Positions 47,163 to 55,692 of a DNA stretch of 64,000 bases are shown here, in pieces. The stretch is from Candidatus Campbellbacteria bacterium (GTDB lineage: Bacteria; Patescibacteriota; Minisyncoccia; Phycocordibacterales; EsbW-18), in contig CP064977.1 of NCBI GenBank assembly GCA_016699465.1, positions 745,116-809,115 on the forward strand, read 5' to 3'. Made by a program: the position numbers and the translations under genes. The notes beneath the pieces are model-generated. The model ran no database searches, had not been told where the DNA came from, and saw nothing but the letters and a program-made list of their open reading frames with translations. Every line of letters starts with the position of its first letter. Positions within the stretch are counted from its first letter, which is position 1.

Positions 47163-47342
47163 ATGAGCAAAATATATACATCGGCGAGCAAAATGGTTTT
47201 TATTCTTATGGCGATCGCAACGATCGTGGGGATGTTCATGGGCAAGATTGATCCGAAAGATTTTCTGACATTGGCGTCAATGGCTTTCGCATTCTACTTT
47301 GCGAACAAGGGAGAAAATACTCAGCCGTTTGCGGGGAAATAG
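47163..47342 (+). CDS. Small 2-TM membrane protein (holin/antiholin-like)
   Basis: ATG at 47163 (MSKIYTSASKMVFILMAIATIVGMF...LASMAFAFYFA). Confidence 0.4.
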   Translation: MSKIYTSASKMVFILMAIATIVGMFMGKIDPKDFLTLASMAFAFYFANKGENTQPFAGK

Positions 47343-47423
47343 GATTAAGTCTGCCCTTAACCGGAATCGTTTTTTAGAATTCATCTGTTCAAACCATAAA
47401 AAAAGGTGTAGTATTTAGCCATT

Positions 47424-49061
47424 ATGGCCGAACCTTTTTCATTGTCGAAAGCATATCTACTCGGGCTTATTACAGGCCGAGGCCACTTTTTTCTCGATAG
47501 CAAATCAATCGCTATTGAGTTTTCGCATGCCAATGAATTTGTTGCCGGCATTGCACATTGTACAAAGTGTGGATGGCTTGCTACAGACGATAAAAAAGGC
47601 GGTCTGAAGTGTAAAAATCCTAAATGTGGTCACCCTGTAGATCCATCTGTAAAGAAAGTCTACGACCAGCCAAAATCAACAGTTGAATCACTCAAAGCTG
47701 AAATTATTCCTTTCTTACAGTCAGGAATTAAGGCGGATTTTGATATCACAGGAAATAAATCAATGACGATTCTAGTCATCGACTTCAAAAAAGACAGAGC
47801 ACTATTTGATGAAATCGTTTCTTACTTCAGTCCAGATACAAGCTTCGACAGATTCCATATTCCTAGAATTATTTTCACCACAAACGAAGAAGCCAAGAGA
47901 GAATTTATCAATGGACTGCTCGACACATCGGGCTTTGCGAATGCCGGCGGCTGGCTCAATAGAGATGGAGAAAATGGTCACGGCCGAATGAGAGTATATT
48001 TTCAGATCGTGCGTAATTGGCATTTGCCGGTTGAAATCGATAATTTTATTCGGTCAGAATTTGACTTACCGATACACACAATCGACTGGGGTCATCCGAA
48101 TATTCGAGATGGCAACCTCAAAGATTTCTTTGAAACAAATCCTACGAGTTGGGGTCGTGAACATCAGATAAAATTCTTCCCTGAATACTATCTGGGCTTT
48201 CGATTTCGTATAACATCGAAGCAGGCTATGTTTGATGAGTTGAGAGATCATAACGCCAAAGCTGTATTCAAGGAGAGAGATGACTGGTTTCCACCATCCA
48301 AGGTCACTAAAGGCAAAATAAAGGCATACCATCCAGGCGAAAAGGATCTTCGAATTCCTGAACCTGCGCGAAGACACTTCGATGCTTTTTGGCAGATCAA
48401 CCTAGCTACGGGTTGTAAGTTCCTCAAGGATCTACAGGCAAAGGCAAAAAATCCTGTCACGTTTGCTCTTACAGGCGATCTTGAATCTGCTGAAGATCCT
48501 GCAAAGATTGAAAGCGACTTTGATGTGATCCGAAAAACTCTGACCGAAGAAGCAACAAAAAGACAGCCGGCTGAAAAAGCACCAAGCAAAAGAAGGAAGA
48601 CAGAAAAGGAACTTGCTGAGCAAGCTATGTATCAACCGCTCACTGTTTTCTTTGCAGAATATTTATCGGCAAAATATAGCGAACCTGCGGATACCTTTGA
48701 CACTTCGGCCGGAAACCTCAATCTTTTTCTTAAAAATAAGAATAGAGAGTTGTTGGACGTTTTTGATTACTGCGATAAATACAGAATTCGTCCTGACGTT
48801 GTAGGATTTCTTGAGAAGCAGAAGGCTCTCGGCTTCATAGAGGCAAAAATTACACCTCTTGATCTTAAATCACTTGGACAGTTGATGGGGTATTGTCTTG
48901 TCGCACAACCCATAGAGGCTATTCTCGTGTCTACAAAAGCTCCTTCTCTCAGTCTCATCAAGGTTCTAAAGGCACGACCGGATCTTCTGACCTACGCACC
49001 AGACCGAAGAATTCAGATCGCAACCTTGGAGAACGGAAATGTTAATTTCATTGCAATATAA
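47424..49061 (+). CDS. Hypothetical protein with two degenerate LAGLIDADG-like motifs and an inserted Cys4 zinc ribbon
   Basis: YLLGLITGRGHF (aa 11-22) and FINGLLDTSGFA (~aa 160). CTKCGW...CKNPKCGHP lies between them. The canonical acidic residues are replaced. ~250-aa C-terminal extension. Confidence 0.45.
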   Translation: MAEPFSLSKAYLLGLITGRGHFFLDSKSIAIEFSHANEFVAGIAHCTKCGWLATDDKKGGLKCKNPKCGHPVDPSVKKVYDQPKSTVESLKAEIIPFLQSGIKADFDITGNKSMTILVIDFKKDRALFDEIVSYFSPDTSFDRFHIPRIIFTTNEEAKREFINGLLDTSGFANAGGWLNRDGENGHGRMRVYFQIVRNWHLPVEIDNFIRSEFDLPIHTIDWGHPNIRDGNLKDFFETNPTSWGREHQIKFFPEYYLGFRFRITSKQAMFDELRDHNAKAVFKERDDWFPPSKVTKGKIKAYHPGEKDLRIPEPARRHFDAFWQINLATGCKFLKDLQAKAKNPVTFALTGDLESAEDPAKIESDFDVIRKTLTEEATKRQPAEKAPSKRRKTEKELAEQAMYQPLTVFFAEYLSAKYSEPADTFDTSAGNLNLFLKNKNRELLDVFDYCDKYRIRPDVVGFLEKQKALGFIEAKITPLDLKSLGQLMGYCLVAQPIEAILVSTKAPSLSLIKVLKARPDLLTYAPDRRIQIATLENGNVNFIAI

Positions 49062-49569
49062 TTTTATGGATAAACAAGTTTTTACAAAAAATCTACGTGA
49101 CTGGTTAGAGGCATTCCTCACAAAGAGGTTTTCTTCAACGCATGAAATTGTATTGATCTCCGTGCCAGATACGAGCCTTTCAAAGCTCAATAACGAGCAT
49201 ATAAAGCAGATCCCGAACTATTCATCGTGGGAATTTAAACCTGACATTCTTGGAATCTTGAAAGAAAAGGCATCAGGTAAGCTCGAGCTTGTTCTGTTAA
49301 ATCGATCTACCTCGGCATTAAGTCTCAAAGAACTGGGTGAAATAAACTGTTACGGAAAACTGACAGGCGCTTTTCTTGCGTTCGTTGCTTCTTTAAATGG
49401 AGTATCAAACGAGGTCAACATTCTCTTGCTCGAAAACTCAATCCGAGATCGTGTACTCAAATATGATGAGGGTAAATCAATAATTGTTTTTGGATGGGAT
49501 GAAAAAAATAACCGAATCAATAAAGATTCGATCATTCCTTTCGAGAAAAAAGACTTTCTCGCTGACTAA
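49039..49569 (+). CDS. Hypothetical protein (176 aa)
   Basis: ORF converging on, and overlapping by 4 nt, the minus-strand methyltransferase. No motif recognised. Confidence 0.35.
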   Translation: MLISLQYNFMDKQVFTKNLRDWLEAFLTKRFSSTHEIVLISVPDTSLSKLNNEHIKQIPNYSSWEFKPDILGILKEKASGKLELVLLNRSTSALSLKELGEINCYGKLTGAFLAFVASLNGVSNEVNILLLENSIRDRVLKYDEGKSIIVFGWDEKNNRINKDSIIPFEKKDFLAD

Positions 49570-50372
49570 CGCTTCCAGTAGATACAAATAAACTCGTGTA
49601 CTTTATTGAATCGGAAAACCCAAGGGTATCCGAGAGTCTTCATATTGTTGTATTCTTTTTGGCGATCCCAAATGACGTATTCTTCAAGCTCAAAGCCGAT
49701 TTCCCTCATGATACGAGTCTGATCTTCGTGAAGGGGATAAAATTTATCTTTTTTTCGGATATCCATTACCACGCAACAGCATCGCTTGTTGGGCTTTAAG
49801 GCTTTGTATACCTCTGCATAAACAGATTTTAGATCCTGTAGAAAAGCCTCGTAGTCGCTGATGTTCCCAATATCATTTTTTGAGTCCGAATAGTTGCGCT
49901 GATCACCCATGTCAGCCGTTCTTTTCATGTTTAGAATGTCCCAGTAGGGAGGAGAAGTGACGACGAGATCGACAGAATTAGGCTTTATGTGCTTCAAAAT
50001 GTTTCTTGAATCCTCGCAATAAATCTTCGGCTCGAATCTTTTTATTTTTTTATCAAAATTTTCATCTGCTTCATGATTGGTAACCCTGCCCTGTGCAATT
50101 TTGCAGTAGTCCTTATTTAAATCGAAGCCTATGCCTTTTTTCCCAAGATTGTGGGCCGCTTTCAAAGTAGATCCGATTCCAAGGAAAGGATCAAGAATAA
50201 CCTCACCGGAATCTTTGGTATAGATTTTAATTAATTTCTCGACAAGTTGTTGCGGAAACATAGCTGGATGCTTCAGCTTTCTCTCTTCGGAAGTCTTGCT
50301 TACATCTCTCCAAATACTGAAAGAGTTTTGCAGCCATTCCTTGCCTGTTAAGTTGTTCATTTTTTCAGCCAT
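49566..50372 (-). CDS. DpnA-like N6-adenine DNA methyltransferase (second MTase of a DpnII-type pair)
   Basis: 268 aa. Motif I DPFLGIGSTL. Motif IV DLVVTSPPYWD. Same strand and directly downstream of the Dam-like MTase. Confidence 0.75.
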   Translation of the reverse strand: MAEKMNNLTGKEWLQNSFSIWRDVSKTSEERKLKHPAMFPQQLVEKLIKIYTKDSGEVILDPFLGIGSTLKAAHNLGKKGIGFDLNKDYCKIAQGRVTNHEADENFDKKIKRFEPKIYCEDSRNILKHIKPNSVDLVVTSPPYWDILNMKRTADMGDQRNYSDSKNDIGNISDYEAFLQDLKSVYAEVYKALKPNKRCCCVVMDIRKKDKFYPLHEDQTRIMREIGFELEEYVIWDRQKEYNNMKTLGYPWVFRFNKVHEFICIYWKR

Positions 50373-50373
50373 G

Positions 50374-51396
50374 TTATTTCTTTACGGTTAGTAGGAATAG
50401 ATGCTCCTTAGTAATAATTTTCGATCCGTCCTGATTAATTGCTCGATATCTTTTATGTTCTTTTGTATATTCTTTGACTTCACCTCGTGTACCTAAAATT
50501 TGTTTTAATACTGGGATCGGTATGATTCCTTCATCGTTATAACTGAGAAGGATATACTTCGCCTTTGCCTTTGCTACCAGATCGGAAAGTGCATCGGCGG
50601 CTTTTCTTGAGATCGAGTAATCAGATTTCTGGTCCTCATAGGGTCTCATGCCGGCATTGCCGTATATTTCAGGGATCTTTTTGAACCAGCCCTCGGCGAT
50701 CAACTCAAGGAAAAAGTAATTTGATGCAAATTGTCGTGCATTATAAGGCGGATCAAGATACAACACATCGACTTTATGCATTCCAACCAGATTATTCGCA
50801 TCAGCATGGAAGGCCTTGTTTTCTAGCTTATTGTCTACTATATCTCCATGAGTCAATGTCATGGGTTTTAGGGCTCGTCTATCCCAACTTTTTAGAAAGG
50901 CAGCATATGTACCAGTCACATTTGCAACAAGACTGACGGCATTGATCAAGCTAGTCAACAGGTAATAGTATTCTGTTTCAGAGATGCTCTTGCTTTCCTT
51001 CCATTTTTCAATTTGCTCTCTGACGGCATCAACTTTTTTCGCATTTTCTACCGACAGATACTGTCTTTTATTATTTCCATGTGGCGCATAGTTCTTCGTG
51101 ATGAATCCAACCTTGCCCTTAACATTATTATTTAAATGATCAATGATATCGATGCCGAGATTCAGCTTTTTGAATTTCGGAATCGTATTGGTCTCAATGT
51201 TGGTTCTTGCAAGCGAGTATGCAAATTCGAGAAAATCATTTGAATAAACTGTGTAGCCTAGTTTTTTGAAATGATGTCCGACAGCGGTCGTGCCACTGAA
51301 TATATCAAAAAAAGTTGCTCCTTTTTTGATAGGTAGGGTAGTGACTACTTCTTCGATATAATCCAATAATTTTGTCTTGCATCCGTAATACCTCAT
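50374..51396 (-). CDS. Dam-like (D12 class) N6-adenine DNA methyltransferase
   Basis: MRYYGCKTKLL...FFDIFSGTTAV (motif I). VLYLDPPYNARQF (motif IV). Confidence 0.85.
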   Translation of the reverse strand: MRYYGCKTKLLDYIEEVVTTLPIKKGATFFDIFSGTTAVGHHFKKLGYTVYSNDFLEFAYSLARTNIETNTIPKFKKLNLGIDIIDHLNNNVKGKVGFITKNYAPHGNNKRQYLSVENAKKVDAVREQIEKWKESKSISETEYYYLLTSLINAVSLVANVTGTYAAFLKSWDRRALKPMTLTHGDIVDNKLENKAFHADANNLVGMHKVDVLYLDPPYNARQFASNYFFLELIAEGWFKKIPEIYGNAGMRPYEDQKSDYSISRKAADALSDLVAKAKAKYILLSYNDEGIIPIPVLKQILGTRGEVKEYTKEHKRYRAINQDGSKIITKEHLFLLTVKK

Positions 51397-51516
51397 GTAC
51401 TCGCTATTTTACCTTAAATTTTTACAAAAAGATAATGTCCTTCTTGTATACCGAGCGCTCTTTATAGTTGAGAAGTTTTGTGGTAATATTTTTTGACTTG
51501 AACACCCTCAAAACAC

Positions 51517-53793
51517 ATGCCAATAACTAAAGTAAAAGAAATAAAAAATATTGATGCTTTCGACTCATTTCAATGGAGTGCTGGCAATCTAAAAAAATAT
51601 AACCTTATTTATGGATGGAATGGGTGTGGAAAAACGACTATCTCGCGTGTCCTGAGCTTTATTGAAAAAAAGAAGATCGACATGCCGGAATTTTTTCCGA
51701 TTCAGTTTCAGGTTCAAACTGGTACGGGGTCGACTAAAGAATCAGACTTACCTACAAACAATCTAAGCATTAAAGTGTTTAACGAGGACTTTATTCGAGA
51801 AAATCTAGAGTTCCATGAATCTAAAGCAAAGAAGATACTTATTGTCGGAAAGGACAACATAAATGCTCAGGCGGAAATAGCTACATTGGAAGCGAGAGTC
51901 ACCACAGCAAGAGAAGTTTATAGTCGGCTTGAGGCAGATAAAGGAAAAATCAGCTCAATAGACAATATTCTCACTGAAGCCGCGCGTGAGGTTATCAAAC
52001 AATTCACCAACACACCACTAGGAAGCGGTACATATTACGGCCGAAGTTATAATCGCACAAAAATAGAGCCCCTTGTCACCGAGGGTAAGATTACACAAGA
52101 AAATATTGATTCGTTGATCATAGAAAAATTAGAAGATGTAGATAGTAAAAGGGAAATAATTAAAAGCCAAAAACAAAAAATTGGTTCTGAATTGAAGGGG
52201 GTTGAAGACTTTTCGTCTTTATTCGAATGTGCCAATGTTATTCTTGATAAATTTGTAGACGTAGAAGTGATCCCGGGGCTCGATTCTGACAAAGAGCTTA
52301 GAGATTGGACTGAACATGGATACCATATCCATAAAGACCGAAGTCTTGGGTTATGTCAATTTTGCAAAAAATCTCTCGATAAGGGATTTCTTGAAAATCT
52401 TGGAAAGTTTTTTACCGAGGAGCTCGAAAAAGCAAAACAGGGTATCGATGACATCGTTTCAAAGATTGACCTACCTGAAAACAAGGCTGATACTACGTTT
52501 ATCGAATCCGGTCGACTGTTTCCGGATTTGGCAAATGAATATCTTGGAACAAAATCAAGCATAGAAGATAAAGGTAGAGAGGTGCGTGGCTCGATTACTG
52601 CCCTAGTTAATGCTCTAAAAGAAAAGCGTGAGAACTTGCATGATCAAAAGAAACCGATATCAAAAGTTCCATACCCGGAGAAGACTACTCAAGAATTTAA
52701 TGTACTCATTGAAAAGCTCAACGGCATTATTAAAAAGCACGATGAAAGGATAGACAAAATTGATGAAGCCGCAAAAGCAATTGAGACTCACACAATTGCA
52801 TCAGTCCTGAAGTCGAAGGAGTACTTTAAGAAAAAGCAGGAACTTGCTGATCTTGATGCCAAGCTTGGTCCATTAAAAAACGAGATAGATACCCTTAACG
52901 GAGAAATAAAAAAGAAGCGTGGCGGAGTCCTCAATGCTTCTATTGCGATCGATGGCATAAATGACGTTCTTAAAGATTTTTTTGGCGAATCACACATATA
53001 TCTTGAGTTAACTGATTCGAAAGTTCCAGAGGTGGGTTATATCGTGAAGCGCCGTGGCAAGAATGCTAAACACCTAAGTGAAGGAGAAAAAAGCGTCATA
53101 GCTTTGATTTATTTCCTTGCAAAACTCGAGGAAGACGGCTTCAAAAAAGAGAATGGGATAGTGGTTATAGATGATCCTGTAGACAGTCAGGATGAAATAT
53201 TTTTATTCCGCACTTTCGGCCTTATTAAAAGACAGCTTATAAAAGCTGGACAACTGATCGTACTTACTCACAATTTTGCCTTTTTCAATTTGGTTCGAGA
53301 CTGGATGAATGATACTGATGATGCTGAACTTTATTTGATGACATGTAATCGCACAGTAACAACACATGAGACAAAGATTGAGCCATTGCCAGACATCATT
53401 CGAAAATATAAAACAGAGTATCAATTTTTATTTTTCCAGCTATATAATTTCAATAAAAATGGCACCGGTATAGATGCACCACTTATACCGAACGTTGCAA
53501 GAAAGGCTCTTGAATATTTTGCTGGTTTCAAATGGTCGTGTGGTACTGATAGAGCTTTTGCACAAATGGTACATGATAAATATGTTACTGATCCCAATCT
53601 CAAGAACAAAGGGGTGGCAGACTTCATTGTAAAGTTTCTTCATGAATACTCGCACGGATTAGATTTTACTCGACCGATAACAGCCGCGACTCTTGAAGCA
53701 AAAGATGTTGCAAAAAACATTATCGAATTTATACACATTTCTGATGATGAGCATTACAAGAAACTAAAGGCATTGTGCGATCCTTCTACCTGA
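51517..53793 (+). CDS. RloC-like ATPase / anticodon-nuclease family protein with a Rad50-type zinc hook
   Basis: Walker A GWNGCGKTT. Long coiled coils. CQFC (52354-52365) mid coiled-coil. VVIDDPVDSQDE (Walker B / D-loop). C-terminal R-x3-E ... H (ARKALEYF...LHEYSHG) resembles the PrrC/RloC ACNase triad. Confidence 0.65.
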   Translation: MPITKVKEIKNIDAFDSFQWSAGNLKKYNLIYGWNGCGKTTISRVLSFIEKKKIDMPEFFPIQFQVQTGTGSTKESDLPTNNLSIKVFNEDFIRENLEFHESKAKKILIVGKDNINAQAEIATLEARVTTAREVYSRLEADKGKISSIDNILTEAAREVIKQFTNTPLGSGTYYGRSYNRTKIEPLVTEGKITQENIDSLIIEKLEDVDSKREIIKSQKQKIGSELKGVEDFSSLFECANVILDKFVDVEVIPGLDSDKELRDWTEHGYHIHKDRSLGLCQFCKKSLDKGFLENLGKFFTEELEKAKQGIDDIVSKIDLPENKADTTFIESGRLFPDLANEYLGTKSSIEDKGREVRGSITALVNALKEKRENLHDQKKPISKVPYPEKTTQEFNVLIEKLNGIIKKHDERIDKIDEAAKAIETHTIASVLKSKEYFKKKQELADLDAKLGPLKNEIDTLNGEIKKKRGGVLNASIAIDGINDVLKDFFGESHIYLELTDSKVPEVGYIVKRRGKNAKHLSEGEKSVIALIYFLAKLEEDGFKKENGIVVIDDPVDSQDEIFLFRTFGLIKRQLIKAGQLIVLTHNFAFFNLVRDWMNDTDDAELYLMTCNRTVTTHETKIEPLPDIIRKYKTEYQFLFFQLYNFNKNGTGIDAPLIPNVARKALEYFAGFKWSCGTDRAFAQMVHDKYVTDPNLKNKGVADFIVKFLHEYSHGLDFTRPITAATLEAKDVAKNIIEFIHISDDEHYKKLKALCDPST

Positions 53794-53797
53794 TTGC

Positions 53798-53826
53798 TTG
53801 ACTATAGCAGCTGATTTATTAATTAT
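53798..53826 (+). promoter_or_regulatory. Candidate promoter: TTGACT, 17 nt, AATTAT
   Basis: Perfect -35. Weak -10. Positioned ~10 nt upstream of ATG 53836. Confidence 0.3.
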
Positions 53827-53835
53827 GTGATCATA

Positions 53836-54582
53836 ATGTCGGAATATTACAAAGCCAACCGAACAAAGAACTTATACAATCCAGCAAGCACTGAGCCTTT
53901 TAAGCTGTCTCGCTCAAAGATTGAACAGTTTATGAATTGCCCGAGGTGCTTCTATTTGGATCGAAGGATAGGAGTGGGACAGCCGCCAGGCTTCCCATTT
54001 GCCCTAAATTCGGCCGTAGACACGCTCTTAAAGAAGGAATTCGACATACATCGCGCAGCTCAGACTGCACATCCACTTATGAAGACATACGACCTGAATA
54101 TGGTCCCATTTCAGCATGAAATGATAGACGAGTGGCGGGAGAATTTCAAAGGCATTCAGTTCCATCACAAGGCAACTAATTTCATAATGACCGGGGCGGT
54201 CGACGACCTATGGGTAAATGAGGACAAAGAGATCGTTGTTGTCGACTATAAATCTACAAGTAAACCTTCAAAGGTGACCCTTGATGCTGACTGGCAGATC
54301 GGTTATAAGCGACAAATGGAAATGTATCAATGGCTTCTACGCCAACTCGGCTTCAGAGTTTCTAATACCGGGTACTTCGTTTATGCCAATGGAAAGACTG
54401 ACCGAGAAGCCTTCGATGGAAAACTTGATTTCGATATCGATATCCTGCCTTATACCGGCAATGGATCGTGGGTAGAAGACACACTCTTCAAGATTAAAGA
54501 ATGCCTCGACGGGGAAATGCCAGAGAGCAGCGCATCGTGCGATTATTGCGCTTACCATGAAGCAAGAAAATTGGTAAAATAA
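53836..54582 (+). CDS. Cas4/RecB-like PD-(D/E)xK nuclease with a four-Cys cluster
   Basis: N-terminal CPRC. GAVDDLWVNEDKEIVVVDYKSTS (D...E.K). C-terminal SASCDYCAYHE. The tabulated ORF starts with GTG at 53827. Confidence 0.55.
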   Translation: MSEYYKANRTKNLYNPASTEPFKLSRSKIEQFMNCPRCFYLDRRIGVGQPPGFPFALNSAVDTLLKKEFDIHRAAQTAHPLMKTYDLNMVPFQHEMIDEWRENFKGIQFHHKATNFIMTGAVDDLWVNEDKEIVVVDYKSTSKPSKVTLDADWQIGYKRQMEMYQWLLRQLGFRVSNTGYFVYANGKTDREAFDGKLDFDIDILPYTGNGSWVEDTLFKIKECLDGEMPESSASCDYCAYHEARKLVK

Positions 54583-54586
54583 ATTT

Positions 54587-55027
54587 ATGACAACACTTTA
54601 CAGAGGAACAATAGGACACCCGATAGTTTTTCCAGAAAGCGTAATCATTACGACTGAAAATTTAGATTCCATCGATTTTAATAAAGTGATTTATTGCGAA
54701 ATTTCTCCTATGGGAGCTATGGGCAATGAAGGCGGCATTTTTATATATTTACTGGATGACAAAGAAAAGCTGACTACTTACGAAACCAATGTATCTGTAG
54801 ATAAAGAATCCTACAATGCTACGTTAGAGCGGATTAATCAAAAAGCAAATCTTTTCACTAACCACTCTGGTGGTATGGGGAACTATGTATACATTAAGAA
54901 AGGTGTTGAGCTTGAAATTGATGAAAAATATAATTGCTTTTGGTATCACTCGCAGAACACCAAATTGAGAATTGATAGTTCTGTTAGGGGCGTCTTTCTT
55001 CACCTAGTTGCTGAGATGAAACGCTAA
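54587..55027 (+). CDS. Hypothetical protein
   Basis: 146-aa ORF. Confidence 0.4.
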   Translation: MTTLYRGTIGHPIVFPESVIITTENLDSIDFNKVIYCEISPMGAMGNEGGIFIYLLDDKEKLTTYETNVSVDKESYNATLERINQKANLFTNHSGGMGNYVYIKKGVELEIDEKYNCFWYHSQNTKLRIDSSVRGVFLHLVAEMKR

Positions 55028-55202
55028 AAATGATAAAATAATTTTATTGCGATGACAGACGAAGAATCAAAAAACGAAGATGGCGAGGAAATAGAGGATG
55101 ATGTGAAGGAAGTCATGGAGAACCATGATGTTGATAAAGATACTGCCGAACGAGCTGTTGAGCTTATTGATGAAGGCCTAGACGAGGATGATGCTGTAGA
55201 AG

Positions 55203-55598
55203 TTGCTGAAGAAGGTTTGTAAAATTACAATGGAAGAAACTACTCAAAAAATTATTATAAAGAAGTACCGCACTCCAACAAAGGAAGCGGCGGATTTGAA
55301 AGATGCGATCGAAAAACACGGTGTTCGTGTTTTGGTGGAGCTTCATGACGGACATAAACATATAGATCTAACGATCCCGAAAGCTAAACTCAATGTTGAA
55401 GTGGATGGCATACAGCACCTTATAAATCCCGATCAGATCGTGGCAGACCTAAGTAGGGGATATTACTCTCATAAAAATGGTTTTGATACCATGCATATTC
55501 CGAATGAAATGGTCCGCTTGCATCTAAGTGAGATATCTAAAGCCCTTGCAGAAGCTTCAAAAATTAGAGAGAGAAAAATATATCTTCATTTAGAATAA
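55203..55598 (+). CDS. DUF559/Vsr-like endonuclease-fold protein
   Basis: HIDLTIPKAKLNVEVDGIQH resembles the DUF559 ...DF.....l.iE.DG..H core. Confidence 0.35.
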   Translation: MLKKVCKITMEETTQKIIIKKYRTPTKEAADLKDAIEKHGVRVLVELHDGHKHIDLTIPKAKLNVEVDGIQHLINPDQIVADLSRGYYSHKNGFDTMHIPNEMVRLHLSEISKALAEASKIRERKIYLHLE

Positions 55599-55692
55599 AC
55601 CTTTAATATAAGCCGTAAATACGGCCTACATTATCCCCAGTTGCCTTTTCTGATACAAACTGATACAATCTGTTATAATCTAAATAACAGGT

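Larger units (their letters stand above)
22990..49570 (+). mobile_element. Prophage-like siphovirus region (replication, methylases, packaging, HK97-type head, tail, lysis, cargo). No integrase seen in the window.
   Basis: Contiguous same-strand modules: Sak4-like ATPase, replication organiser, RusA, ParB-MTase, Dcm, TerS/TerL, portal-MuF, prohead protease, capsid, connector, gp10, tail tube, G/GT chaperone, TMP, Dit-like protein, collar fibre, holin, endolysin. Both boundaries are approximate. Confidence 0.7.

Noticed and set aside
49039-49569. 176-aa ORF as the missing DpnII-type restriction endonuclease
   Set aside because: It is on the opposite strand to the two MTases, is much shorter than DpnB/MboI-type enzymes (~280 aa), and has no discernible PD-(D/E)xK motif. 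It is left as hypothetical.
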